This document shows, in pieces, positions 8,922 through 16,553 of a DNA stretch of 64,000 nucleotides. The DNA comes from a virus. The stretch covers positions 1 through 64,000 of IMG/VR virus record IMGVR_UViG_3300043172_000590; one strand, 5' to 3'. Under the pieces are notes generated by a model, which did no database searches, was not told the DNA's origin, and was given only the letters and a program-made list of their open reading frames with translations. A program made the position numbers and the translations under genes. Within the stretch, counting starts at the first letter, position 1, and every line of letters begins with the position of its first letter.

Positions 8922-9464
8922 TTAAAATGAGCTGATTTCATACAGTGCCTTTTTTGCTTTACAAGCTTCTAACTCCTCCTTCATTCTACCAATATTAGAA
9001 ATCAAATCACTTTTAACTGACTGCTGATGTTTGAGGGTTAAGGTTGTTGAAAGAAAAATATACGTTTCTATTTCATTCTCTAAGAGGCTAATCTTGGTAT
9101 CTATAGCCGTGACATCACCACTTCCCCTCCCGTTTAATGGCTGTTGGCCTTCCTGATAATAGCCCATGTACCAATATGTCCTATTACTCTCCCATATCTC
9201 GATAATCTCCTCAAATTCCCTACCTGTTTTCTCAGCATAATGCTTTGCTCTTTCGATTACCCATTTGTATTTGTCGCAGTATTTATGGAAACATTTAGAT
9301 ACACGCTTACATGCCTGAGTCATTCCCATTTCAATTAACGCCGGATTAGTCTCCGGGACCATCCTTGTAAATTCATGGTCGCATCCATTCTCATTAAAGC
9401 AACCTTCGCCGTCTTTGGTATTTAGCAATACGGCTGCTTTTAAGCTTTCTAATCCTTTTTTCAT
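8922..9464 (-). CDS. Conserved phage hypothetical protein
   Basis: KYKWVIERAKHYAEKTG...WE..RTYWYM.YYQ motif plus C-terminal coiled coil. Confidence 0.7.
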   Translation of the reverse strand: MKKGLESLKAAVLLNTKDGEGCFNENGCDHEFTRMVPETNPALIEMGMTQACKRVSKCFHKYCDKYKWVIERAKHYAEKTGREFEEIIEIWESNRTYWYMGYYQEGQQPLNGRGSGDVTAIDTKISLLENEIETYIFLSTTLTLKHQQSVKSDLISNIGRMKEELEACKAKKALYEISSF

Positions 9465-9473
9465 AATCGCAAA

Positions 9474-10481
9474 TTACCTGTTTTTTATATTGTCTAGAAT
9501 CTCGCCCATTAATTCCCTGGAACCACTCTCATCAAGAAAGGCGTCCAGCTCGTCTCTTACCGCCTGTCTTTTTTGAGCAAATCTATCTCTTGCATCTGCT
9601 CCTAAATATCCCTCGATAGTCTCTCTTACAAAATCCCTTGCGATATCCGGCAATACCACAATAGCGTTCGCCTCGCATTTACGCTCTCCGATATCCCTTA
9701 AGTACTCTTGAACATATGGCATTTTATGATTTTTATGGGACGGACTTGCCAAGTCTTTTCCGCTACCAGTGGTAAGATTATCTATCCATGAGAATCCATT
9801 TTCTTCGATAAAATCATAATTTAGGCCAAATCTATCAACAATAAGGTCATAAGGATCATACCCACTTACGCCATCATTCCACAACACGTCACTTAAATCA
9901 CTCAGATTTTTGCGTATAAATTCAGATATCCTCAATCCGTCAGGGTCGTGGTCGCCGCAATATAACAATACACACTTAAGTCCCTTATCCCTCGCCTCTG
10001 CGAACCTACGTGCATATTCCGCCCGTTGAAGCATAGAACTCCATCCTTTCGAATTAGCAATAGGTATATGATATTCTTCACACACAGGGGAGAATAATGT
10101 AACTAAGTCTATTTTTTCAACCACCATTTGCACATAATATTCTTCATTATCCCACCAATCCGGAGAGTAATATTCTGCGGCACTAAGAGCTGCTTCTGCC
10201 CATTTCCCAAAGTCATCCACAACGTCCACTTCACACGGCTTCTCAACACCTCCAAATGCCCTAGAGGATTCTTCTGCGGTGAAATCAATAGGGAGGAGCC
10301 CCTTTTTACGACACTTATTGATGGCATTATTTACCTTGTCAAACTGGCCCTTATTTATAAATCGCTTTTGCTCTAAGATATAGGCCCAGCCTCTTGCTGA
10401 TACTCTAAATCCCACCTCCTTAGAGATTTCATTTATAAAGTTTGCGAACGCAGGAAGGTTTTTGAAGTCTAATTTTTCCAT
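9474..10481 (-). CDS. Topoisomerase VI-A/Spo11-like WHD + TOPRIM protein
   Basis: SARGWAY (winged helix with Tyr), VVEK, SKGWSS, LLYCGDHDPDG, CEANA. Confidence 0.75.
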   Translation of the reverse strand: MEKLDFKNLPAFANFINEISKEVGFRVSARGWAYILEQKRFINKGQFDKVNNAINKCRKKGLLPIDFTAEESSRAFGGVEKPCEVDVVDDFGKWAEAALSAAEYYSPDWWDNEEYYVQMVVEKIDLVTLFSPVCEEYHIPIANSKGWSSMLQRAEYARRFAEARDKGLKCVLLYCGDHDPDGLRISEFIRKNLSDLSDVLWNDGVSGYDPYDLIVDRFGLNYDFIEENGFSWIDNLTTGSGKDLASPSHKNHKMPYVQEYLRDIGERKCEANAIVVLPDIARDFVRETIEGYLGADARDRFAQKRQAVRDELDAFLDESGSRELMGEILDNIKNR

Positions 10482-10485
10482 ACCA

Positions 10486-10523
10486 CAAACATATATGGAA
10501 ATCCGTTAAGAATGAATATGGAT
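10486..10523 (-). promoter_or_regulatory. Promoter TATGTTTG with Fur-box-like 19-mer
   Basis: caaacata 10486-10493, N11, gttaagaatgaatatggat 10505-10523. Confidence 0.6.
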
Positions 10524-10619
10524 TAACAGAGAGTTCCGCTGCCCCGCGAGAAACAGAGATACCAAACATGCGCGGAGCGTCGATTTTTTGAAACAGACGG
10601 AGGGATGGGGATAAAGATA

Positions 10620-10829
10620 TTAAAAACGAACACGTATTGGCGCTGCCCACCACTCAGCAATACATGCCACAGCCCTATAAATAAAGGATTTTCTCTTCGG
10701 GGGTTCTGGCCATGGTTCAATAGGGTCTGTGTCCGTAGGGACAATTCTTGTCAAGGGATATGGGGATTGAATATGGAGAATGAGAGAGTCGAATGCGTAC
10801 TCTTCTATTTGTTTGCGAGGGTCTTCCAT
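10620..10829 (-). CDS. Hypothetical protein
   Basis: 69-aa ORF whose ATG lies 4 nt after a perfect -7 element. Confidence 0.5.
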   Translation of the reverse strand: MEDPRKQIEEYAFDSLILHIQSPYPLTRIVPTDTDPIEPWPEPPKRKSFIYRAVACIAEWWAAPIRVRF

Positions 10830-10833
10830 GGTG

Positions 10834-10871
10834 CAAATATAAGTATTGTGGGATTTAGAAGCAATATAAAT
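10834..10871 (-). promoter_or_regulatory. Promoter TATATTTG with Fur-box-like 19-mer
   Basis: caaatata 10834-10841, N11, atttagaagcaatataaat 10853-10871. Confidence 0.6.
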
Positions 10872-11269
10872 TATCTCTCACTCCTAGTCTTCTCCTTGTG
10901 GCAATCCACACATAAGGTTTGAAAACCATTAATATCACAGCCTCCACCGCCTTTGTGGACCGGTACGATATGGTCAGCCTGCCAGAATTCATCAAACACA
11001 CCACATTTGCGACAAAAGCCATCATCTACAATATATAACTGCTTTCTTATTTCGGAGATATTCCCCTTAACAATAGAATATTTGAGATAGGCATTATTGC
11101 TGCATTCCTTTGATGCCCATCTTGTTTTCCTGCCGGTAAGCGGAATATTACATCCACATGCGCACATTCCCGGTATTGAAGGGAAGAGGTGAATCATCTT
11201 CAAATCATGTTGGTAACGGGAATACTTGTCGATTATTGGGTGCATTGGGGCAATATAGGGAACAACCAT
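10871..11269 (-). CDS. HNH endonuclease
   Basis: CRKCG...WQADHIVPVHKGGG...FQTLCVDCHKEKT. Confidence 0.9.
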   Translation of the reverse strand: MVVPYIAPMHPIIDKYSRYQHDLKMIHLFPSIPGMCACGCNIPLTGRKTRWASKECSNNAYLKYSIVKGNISEIRKQLYIVDDGFCRKCGVFDEFWQADHIVPVHKGGGGCDINGFQTLCVDCHKEKTRSER

Positions 11270-11650
11270 ATATCAAAAAAGATAAAGGGGTTATCTGACA
11301 TTACGAAAATCTATATCGTCGATAGTCATATCAGGGGGAAGGACCTTGTATCGAGACTCTAGCTGGGATAAATCGTCAGTCTTGGACAGCTCTCTGAGCT
11401 TGTTTGATAAATACTCGTTCATAAGGTAAAGGTAGGGATAATTGATTAAATGCACAAACTTGACTACGAGCAGTTGGTGGGGTGGTTATTGCTCGGTCCG
11501 GGAAATCCGAAAGTCGTTTTCTGAAACCCACCCCCCTTCTTTTTATATTCACGTTTATTTGACTCGCAACATAAAGCGGAACCAATTCCAGCCCCAATTT
11601 AAAGCGGATTGAAAACGTTATGTTGTTTTGTTTCAGTCGATTACAAGGGT

Positions 11651-11678
11651 TTGTCTTATAATCGTTATTATGTATACT
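11651..11678 (+). other. dif-like XerC/XerD site
   Basis: TTGTCTTATAA-TCGTTA-TTATGTATACT: 11-6-11 layout, right arm one mismatch from TTATGTAAACT. Confidence 0.6.
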
Positions 11679-11725
11679 AGAAAGTTAAATAGGGCGTAAC
11701 ACGTTAGTATGTTGTGTGTTAGGTG

Positions 11726-11770
11726 CTGTTCGTCACTGTTCGTCACCCTTATTTGATGGTCATTTGATGG
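11726..11770 (+). repeat. Short tandem direct repeats
   Basis: ctgttcgtca x2 (11726-11745) and atttgatgg x2 (11751-11770). Confidence 0.7.
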
Positions 11771-12288
11771 GTTGGACCTGTTTGTCGTGTTGTGTTAGGG
11801 TTTTTTGTAAGGGTGACACACACACGCGTACACAACTGTGAACCAGTGCGGTAGCGTCCAACTGGTAGGTACTGGTAGTGTCACTCAACCGCTACAAAAA
11901 TCTCAACCACCTAGTATAGGTATTAATTAATATAATAAAGCAATTTACCCCACTTTTCCAAGCCTCAACTCTTTTACACCTCCCATATCCCTTGTATACA
12001 CAGGCATTACGCTCTCATCTGTTATACTCTGTTCTACCTTTATTATACACCCTATTCTACTACACTTTACTATACTCTACTGCATACTATCCTATTCTCT
12101 TTCCTTCTGCCTGGCTTGTGTAATACTTCAATCTACAGCTATATCATTGCTCCGCTTTTTTTTAAAGGAAACCTTTAAAAACAATAATCCCCTCGCTTTC
12201 CCTTACCTTATACTACATAATGTTGCTTTGGGTTCCCCTCCTGTCATTCAGTAGACAAGAGAAAGATTATATATAATATTTAATAATA

Positions 12289-12415
12289 TAACAGGTAGTT
12301 GGACTTATACAAAAAAAAGAACATTTATTTTAATATTAATTTATAGTGGACTGGTTAACAGGTAGTTATACTCTTATGTTTATTTAGACTAATTCTGTAT
12401 AGAATCAATTGTTTG
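12289..12415 (+). promoter_or_regulatory. Cluster of IHF-like sites and a Fur-box-like site
   Basis: taacaggtagtt at 12289 and 12356; AATCAAttgtTTG (WATCAANNNNTTR) at 12403; atttagactaattctgtat at 12382-12400. Confidence 0.4.
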
Positions 12416-12639
12416 CAGGTGTCAACATTTTGACGTTATTTTGGTTTGTGGTTCGGAATTAAACAAACTGGATTATACACGTTCATTCTCTTCATTGTTC
12501 CCTGTTATGTGTGCGGACACCTCTATACTATTAGAGGACAGTTAAAAAATACCGCTTAAGCACACGTATAGTATATATGAACATTTAGTAAATTGTTTGC
12601 ACCTGTTAGTTATTTTCGCAGACTGTTAACAGTTTACCT

Positions 12640-12700
12640 TATATTAGTAATATGGTGACATGTAATAGAATGGCAATAATGTTTGTTCATTGACATACTG
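12640..12700 (+). promoter_or_regulatory. Promoter (TATATTAG) and boxA-like antitermination element
   Basis: -7-like element 12640-12647; tgttcattgacata 12684-12697 resembles the Bacteroidota rrn leader boxA (gttctttgacat). Confidence 0.5.
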
Positions 12701-12709
12701 TAATATTTA

Positions 12710-13295
12710 TTTGCTTAGAGCAGCCTGCGCGCCTTAACTGTAGTACAAGCGTAAAAGAAAGATGTAATGTGTACCTTATCATTGTATCGAAGTAGCTACC
12801 TACCAAACTGTTTTCCTTGACTATTTATATATACTTTGAGTTTAGACCATTGTATTCTCTCTGACCAAATACGGCAGAGCCTGGGAAATAGAGGTTTAAT
12901 TGTTATCTAAGCATCTATATGAATATTGCACCTACTTAGTAGGGCACTGGATTTGTAGCGGAGAAAGTCCGTTGACATGGTTTTTAATAACGTTGTTAGC
13001 CATTCGATGAAAGTGCGATAAGTTACCCAAATGGAGGGAAACAGGTACGCAAGTACCATAATATCCATACGTCCGAGGACGTTAACCGTTATACAATCGC
13101 AATAATATTAAAGTGTGGTAGGCCTGTAGTGGCTCACATCAAAGATAACAACCTGATGAAATTAGAAGTAATCCAGGTTGTTTGTTGTATATAAATGAAA
13201 TAACATATTAATAGCTGATTACTCTTAGTTTACTTACAGTGCGTTTGTAGCCTATTCAGGTGATTGATTGGAGTTGCAAATACTCCGATGGGCTC
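12710..13295 (+). ncRNA. Candidate large structured non-coding RNA (~585 nt)
   Basis: No ORF. More than 12 stems with G-U pairs only on the + strand, GNRA tetraloops, long-range pairings and a 3' T-loop three-way junction. Confidence 0.65.
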
Positions 13296-13338
13296 TATTT
13301 ATTTATCCAAAATTATTCATTTACCAAAATTGCAAGTT

Positions 13339-13737
13339 ATGAAAACTAAGAAAATTAATCAAAAGTCAGTAGTTAACAGCAAACTCAAAGAGTCAGTATT
13401 TTCGTGTTCTGGCCTAATCCGTCACATCAACAGCAATGTAGATGCAAAGAAGCATGTTGAAAAATATTTAAAATCATTGGCAGAGAAGCACGAAACTATT
13501 GTTTCTATTAAGCAAATCAACACGCTGACAATCTCTGCTTATGGTTCTGAGAGAGAGTTAACACATGTTAAGACGGGCAAAAACCGTTCTCAATTTAGCT
13601 TTTGGACATTGTTAAACTGTATTACCAGGCAAGTAAAAGATACTGCGAATGGTGGGTTGATTATGAAGGAATATAAAGCAGCGAAGGCGAAAAAAGCGAG
13701 TAAAGAAATTGAAACTAAAGATAATAAAGCAGCATAG
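13339..13737 (+). CDS. Basic hypothetical protein, first gene of the plus-strand arm
   Basis: Start likely ATG 13339 (MKTKKINQ); Lys-rich. Confidence 0.7.
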   Translation: MKTKKINQKSVVNSKLKESVFSCSGLIRHINSNVDAKKHVEKYLKSLAEKHETIVSIKQINTLTISAYGSERELTHVKTGKNRSQFSFWTLLNCITRQVKDTANGGLIMKEYKAAKAKKASKEIETKDNKAA

Positions 13738-13776
13738 GGTTGTTATATGTAGTCGGGAAACCGGTTTTCAATGAAT

Positions 13777-13809
13777 GGGGCGTGGTGCTTTGCTGCGCCC
13801 CCTTATTTT
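13777..13809 (+). terminator. Intrinsic terminator
   Basis: ggggcgtgg/ctgcgcccc stem followed by a T-rich tract. Confidence 0.7.
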
Positions 13810-13838
13810 ATTCTGTAAATTAATACTTTAAATAAATC

Positions 13839-13991
13839 ATGAGAAAGACTTTTAAGGCGTGGACACGCAAACGTAAGAGCAATGATCAGTTTATCACAAC
13901 TGAAATAAGCGCAAGCAGTAAGAAGAGAGCAAAAAGCACAATCCTATCTCTTGGGCTTGAAGTGCAGCAAGGGACAGAGATATACATTTAA
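13839..13991 (+). CDS. Small hypothetical protein (50 aa)
   Basis: Not in the track; MRKTFKAWTRKRK...EIYI. Confidence 0.5.
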   Translation: MRKTFKAWTRKRKSNDQFITTEISASSKKRAKSTILSLGLEVQQGTEIYI

Positions 13992-14134
13992 CCTTTCCCT
14001 TAACGGTATTTAAAACAAACCAAGATGCAAATAGTAGTAACAGAATTTTTAAACGCCCTTCCATGGGTAGCAGTGATTTTTATTATAAGTGCAGTATTAA
14101 CCTATATCCGTGGGCGTAAATAAAACAATAAAGA

Positions 14135-14422
14135 ATGAAAAAGATATTAGAATATGCAGGAGATAACCCAGGCGCTATGTCCTTTATAATCGAACTTTTA
14201 GACCCGACCAATGGAGCCGCTGGCATTATCGTCTTTAGCAAGATTGATAAAATACACTCGCTCCGTGGAACCAATTTGTATGTGATGTGGTCCGACTTAT
14301 GCAATAGGGAGATGGACAAAGTTGTCAAACTTTGCCGCAAATGTCCCGATGAAATACTCGCAGACGCCTGTAATAGGCAGGATTATTCTGGACGTGAACT
14401 TGTAGCGGAATATTTAAAATAG
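14135..14422 (+). CDS. Conserved phage protein (NPGA motif)
   Basis: GDNPGAM...LRGTNLYVMWSDLC. Confidence 0.65.
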   Translation: MKKILEYAGDNPGAMSFIIELLDPTNGAAGIIVFSKIDKIHSLRGTNLYVMWSDLCNREMDKVVKLCRKCPDEILADACNRQDYSGRELVAEYLK

Positions 14423-14595
14423 CAACTAACTGACATAGCGATGGAAAATAAATACACATTGCAAGAGTTGCAGAACAGAATTAACGGCATACTTAAGGAT
14501 AAAAGCGGACTAAGCACACCCGAGGTAGTTGAACCGCACTGCACCAAAGAAGGGTTTGCAATCAACGAAAGGGAGCTATGAAATAATCTATTATT

Positions 14596-14648
14596 AAGCC
14601 GTGACTTATGCCATCCTAAGTGGAGAGGTCACGGCTTTTATTATTTTA
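14596..14648 (+). terminator. Intrinsic terminator
   Basis: aagccgtgac/gtcacggctt stem plus T tract. Confidence 0.65.
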
Positions 14649-14732
14649 TACAACGCTTTAAAGACTTGAAACATAAGTAACTACAATAATATTAATTCTT
14701 GGTTTTCTGTTAGTTGGTAATTTGGATTGGTT

Positions 14733-14779
14733 AGCGGCGTACTGTGCCCATTGATTTGGTTGTGTGGTGCGCTGCTTTT
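14733..14779 (+). terminator. Intrinsic terminator
   Basis: agcggcgtac/gtgcgctgct stem plus tttt. Confidence 0.55.
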
Positions 14780-14832
14780 CCATTAAAGATATTTCAAACA
14801 ATTGGTGGTGAACTGAGGCAAATATATATCCA

Positions 14833-15366
14833 ATGTTAACAATAACAATAAACCTCTATGAGTTCAAGGAGCTTAGCGAGGATATAAAACAAAAAGTACT
14901 AGGAAATCTACATGATATAAATGTTGATTTTGACTGGTGGGGATCTATTTACGATGATGCAGAAAATGTGTTCATTGAAATAGAAGGTTTTGTGCTCGGG
15001 CGGGGAGAGAATATTGATATGAAATTTACAAGCACCCCACACGAGACAGCGGATAAAATAATATCAGAACATGGCGAAGTCTGCGAAACACGGAAGACTG
15101 CCGAAGCCTTCTTGAAGGGGAGAGATTCTTTGGTTAAAAAATATTCCGATGGTATCGCTCTCGATAAAGTTTCAGAAGATAACGAAGCTGAATTTGACGA
15201 GGACTGTGATATATTGGAGGCTGAATTCTTAAAAGACATAGGGAATGATTATCTCACCATGCTAAAAACCGAGAGCGTCTATTTAATGAGCGAAGAAGCG
15301 ATAGTAGAAACCATTCTGTCAAATGGTTACACATTTGAAGAAAATGGTGTAATGCGTAATAAATAA
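14833..15366 (+). CDS. Conserved acidic phage early protein
   Basis: LYEFKELSEDIKQK...YLMSEEAIVETILSNGYTFEENG pattern common in phage early regions. Confidence 0.7.
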   Translation: MLTITINLYEFKELSEDIKQKVLGNLHDINVDFDWWGSIYDDAENVFIEIEGFVLGRGENIDMKFTSTPHETADKIISEHGEVCETRKTAEAFLKGRDSLVKKYSDGIALDKVSEDNEAEFDEDCDILEAEFLKDIGNDYLTMLKTESVYLMSEEAIVETILSNGYTFEENGVMRNK

Positions 15367-15370
15367 CTAT

Positions 15371-15610
15371 ATGAAACCAAGAGAATTAAACAGAGACGTT
15401 GCCCGCCTTGTAAAGAAATACAAGAAAGCGAGCACACCCGAACACTACGAGAAAGAACTTCCCGAAATAAAAGCGGAGTGGAAAAGGTTGTGGTATGCAG
15501 ATAGAAAAGCGGAGTACTTTAATATCAAGTCTTTAAAGGCAATGGTAAGGCTCAATGTTATTATCCGTACAATACCGCTTTATCATATTGGATTAGATTT
15601 TGAACTTTAA
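15371..15610 (+). CDS. Hypothetical protein
   Basis: 79-aa ORF in operon. Confidence 0.6.
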   Translation: MKPRELNRDVARLVKKYKKASTPEHYEKELPEIKAEWKRLWYADRKAEYFNIKSLKAMVRLNVIIRTIPLYHIGLDFEL

Positions 15611-15622
15611 TATCTTTACCTC

Positions 15623-15808
15623 ATGCCACAAGAGATAACCAAAGCCGAATGTATTGGATGGCTATGCAATCAGGAGAGCCATATTAAAACTTTCGTAGAA
15701 ACATGTAGTGTTGTTTCATCGAGATTCCCATCAACCAAAGATCAAATGCCCAAGGCAGCAAAAGAGTTAAGGGTAATCAGAAAGATACTACAGCTAATAA
15801 GCGACTAA
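15623..15808 (+). CDS. Hypothetical protein
   Basis: 61-aa ORF. Confidence 0.55.
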   Translation: MPQEITKAECIGWLCNQESHIKTFVETCSVVSSRFPSTKDQMPKAAKELRVIRKILQLISD

Positions 15809-15827
15809 TAACTTAAGTCATAGAATA

Positions 15828-16061
15828 ATGAAAACAAATACACACGCAGTTTACCACGAATATAAAAAGAGGGTGACTTCCCTCGCTGACAATCTAACAA
15901 CAAGCGATCTGGCTTGGAGAAGACAAGCATTGAACGATCATCTCGATGCGCTATGTCGGGAATTAACCCACGAGGTTGATACTGGGAATATGAGTGCGGC
16001 AAGGGGCAGCCGGTACAAGAACCGGCTAACCAGCTATACGATTGAAAGACATTCGAAGTGA
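15828..16061 (+). CDS. Hypothetical protein
   Basis: 77-aa ORF. Confidence 0.6.
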   Translation: MKTNTHAVYHEYKKRVTSLADNLTTSDLAWRRQALNDHLDALCRELTHEVDTGNMSAARGSRYKNRLTSYTIERHSK

Positions 16062-16276
16062 ACCATATAATATAAACATTGATAGTGAACGGCTGATAGA
16101 TATATCGGTCGTGAAAGCGTTCTTACCCCGGCGGTCCTGTATTAAATGTTCTTTTTGGATAGAGCAAATGCAAATGTGAATAACTTGTTTAAATCTTTTG
16201 GGACGGTTGGGAGAATCCCTGGGCATTGGTTTGTCCGGGGATTTACTTTAATACAAATCATTAACAATTAGAAACG

Positions 16277-16513
16277 ATGGTACATTTAATATACAAAACA
16301 GACGTGCATCATAGTTATGCATCGAGAGCTTTAATAGGCGTAGCCATGGAGGCATTTACCGCACTAGGGATTATTTTAGAGCAGGCACAAAAAGAAGGAG
16401 AAGATTTGTCTGACGAAGATGCAGCCAACCTAATCAATATCAAGCAAACCCAAGGCTACAAAGGAGAAGGAGAATTTCAATACGAAGAAGTAGAAACAGA
16501 TATTTTACTATAG
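16277..16513 (+). CDS. Hypothetical protein
   Basis: 78-aa ORF (LIYKTD.HHSYAS..LIGV...QTQG). Confidence 0.65.
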   Translation: MVHLIYKTDVHHSYASRALIGVAMEAFTALGIILEQAQKEGEDLSDEDAANLINIKQTQGYKGEGEFQYEEVETDILL

Positions 16514-16553
16514 TGTAATCCATTTACAAACAATCATAAGAAAACCTATTATT

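Noticed and set aside
11376-11597. 73-aa ORF in the non-coding region
   Set aside because: No motif, atypical composition, and it lies in the G/C-run terminus-like segment.
12040-12100. Pentamer repeats as the iteron segment of a replication-initiator gene
   Set aside because: All minus-strand frames contain stops; no initiator ORF.
13153-13180. Hammerhead ribozyme core (CTGATGA)
   Set aside because: No GAAA after the putative stem II, and the segment sits inside a plain 12-bp hairpin.
13264-13338. Track start of ORF at 13264
   Set aside because: A TTG start inside the structured RNA 3' junction; ATG 13339 has a typical AT-rich Bacteroidota initiation region.
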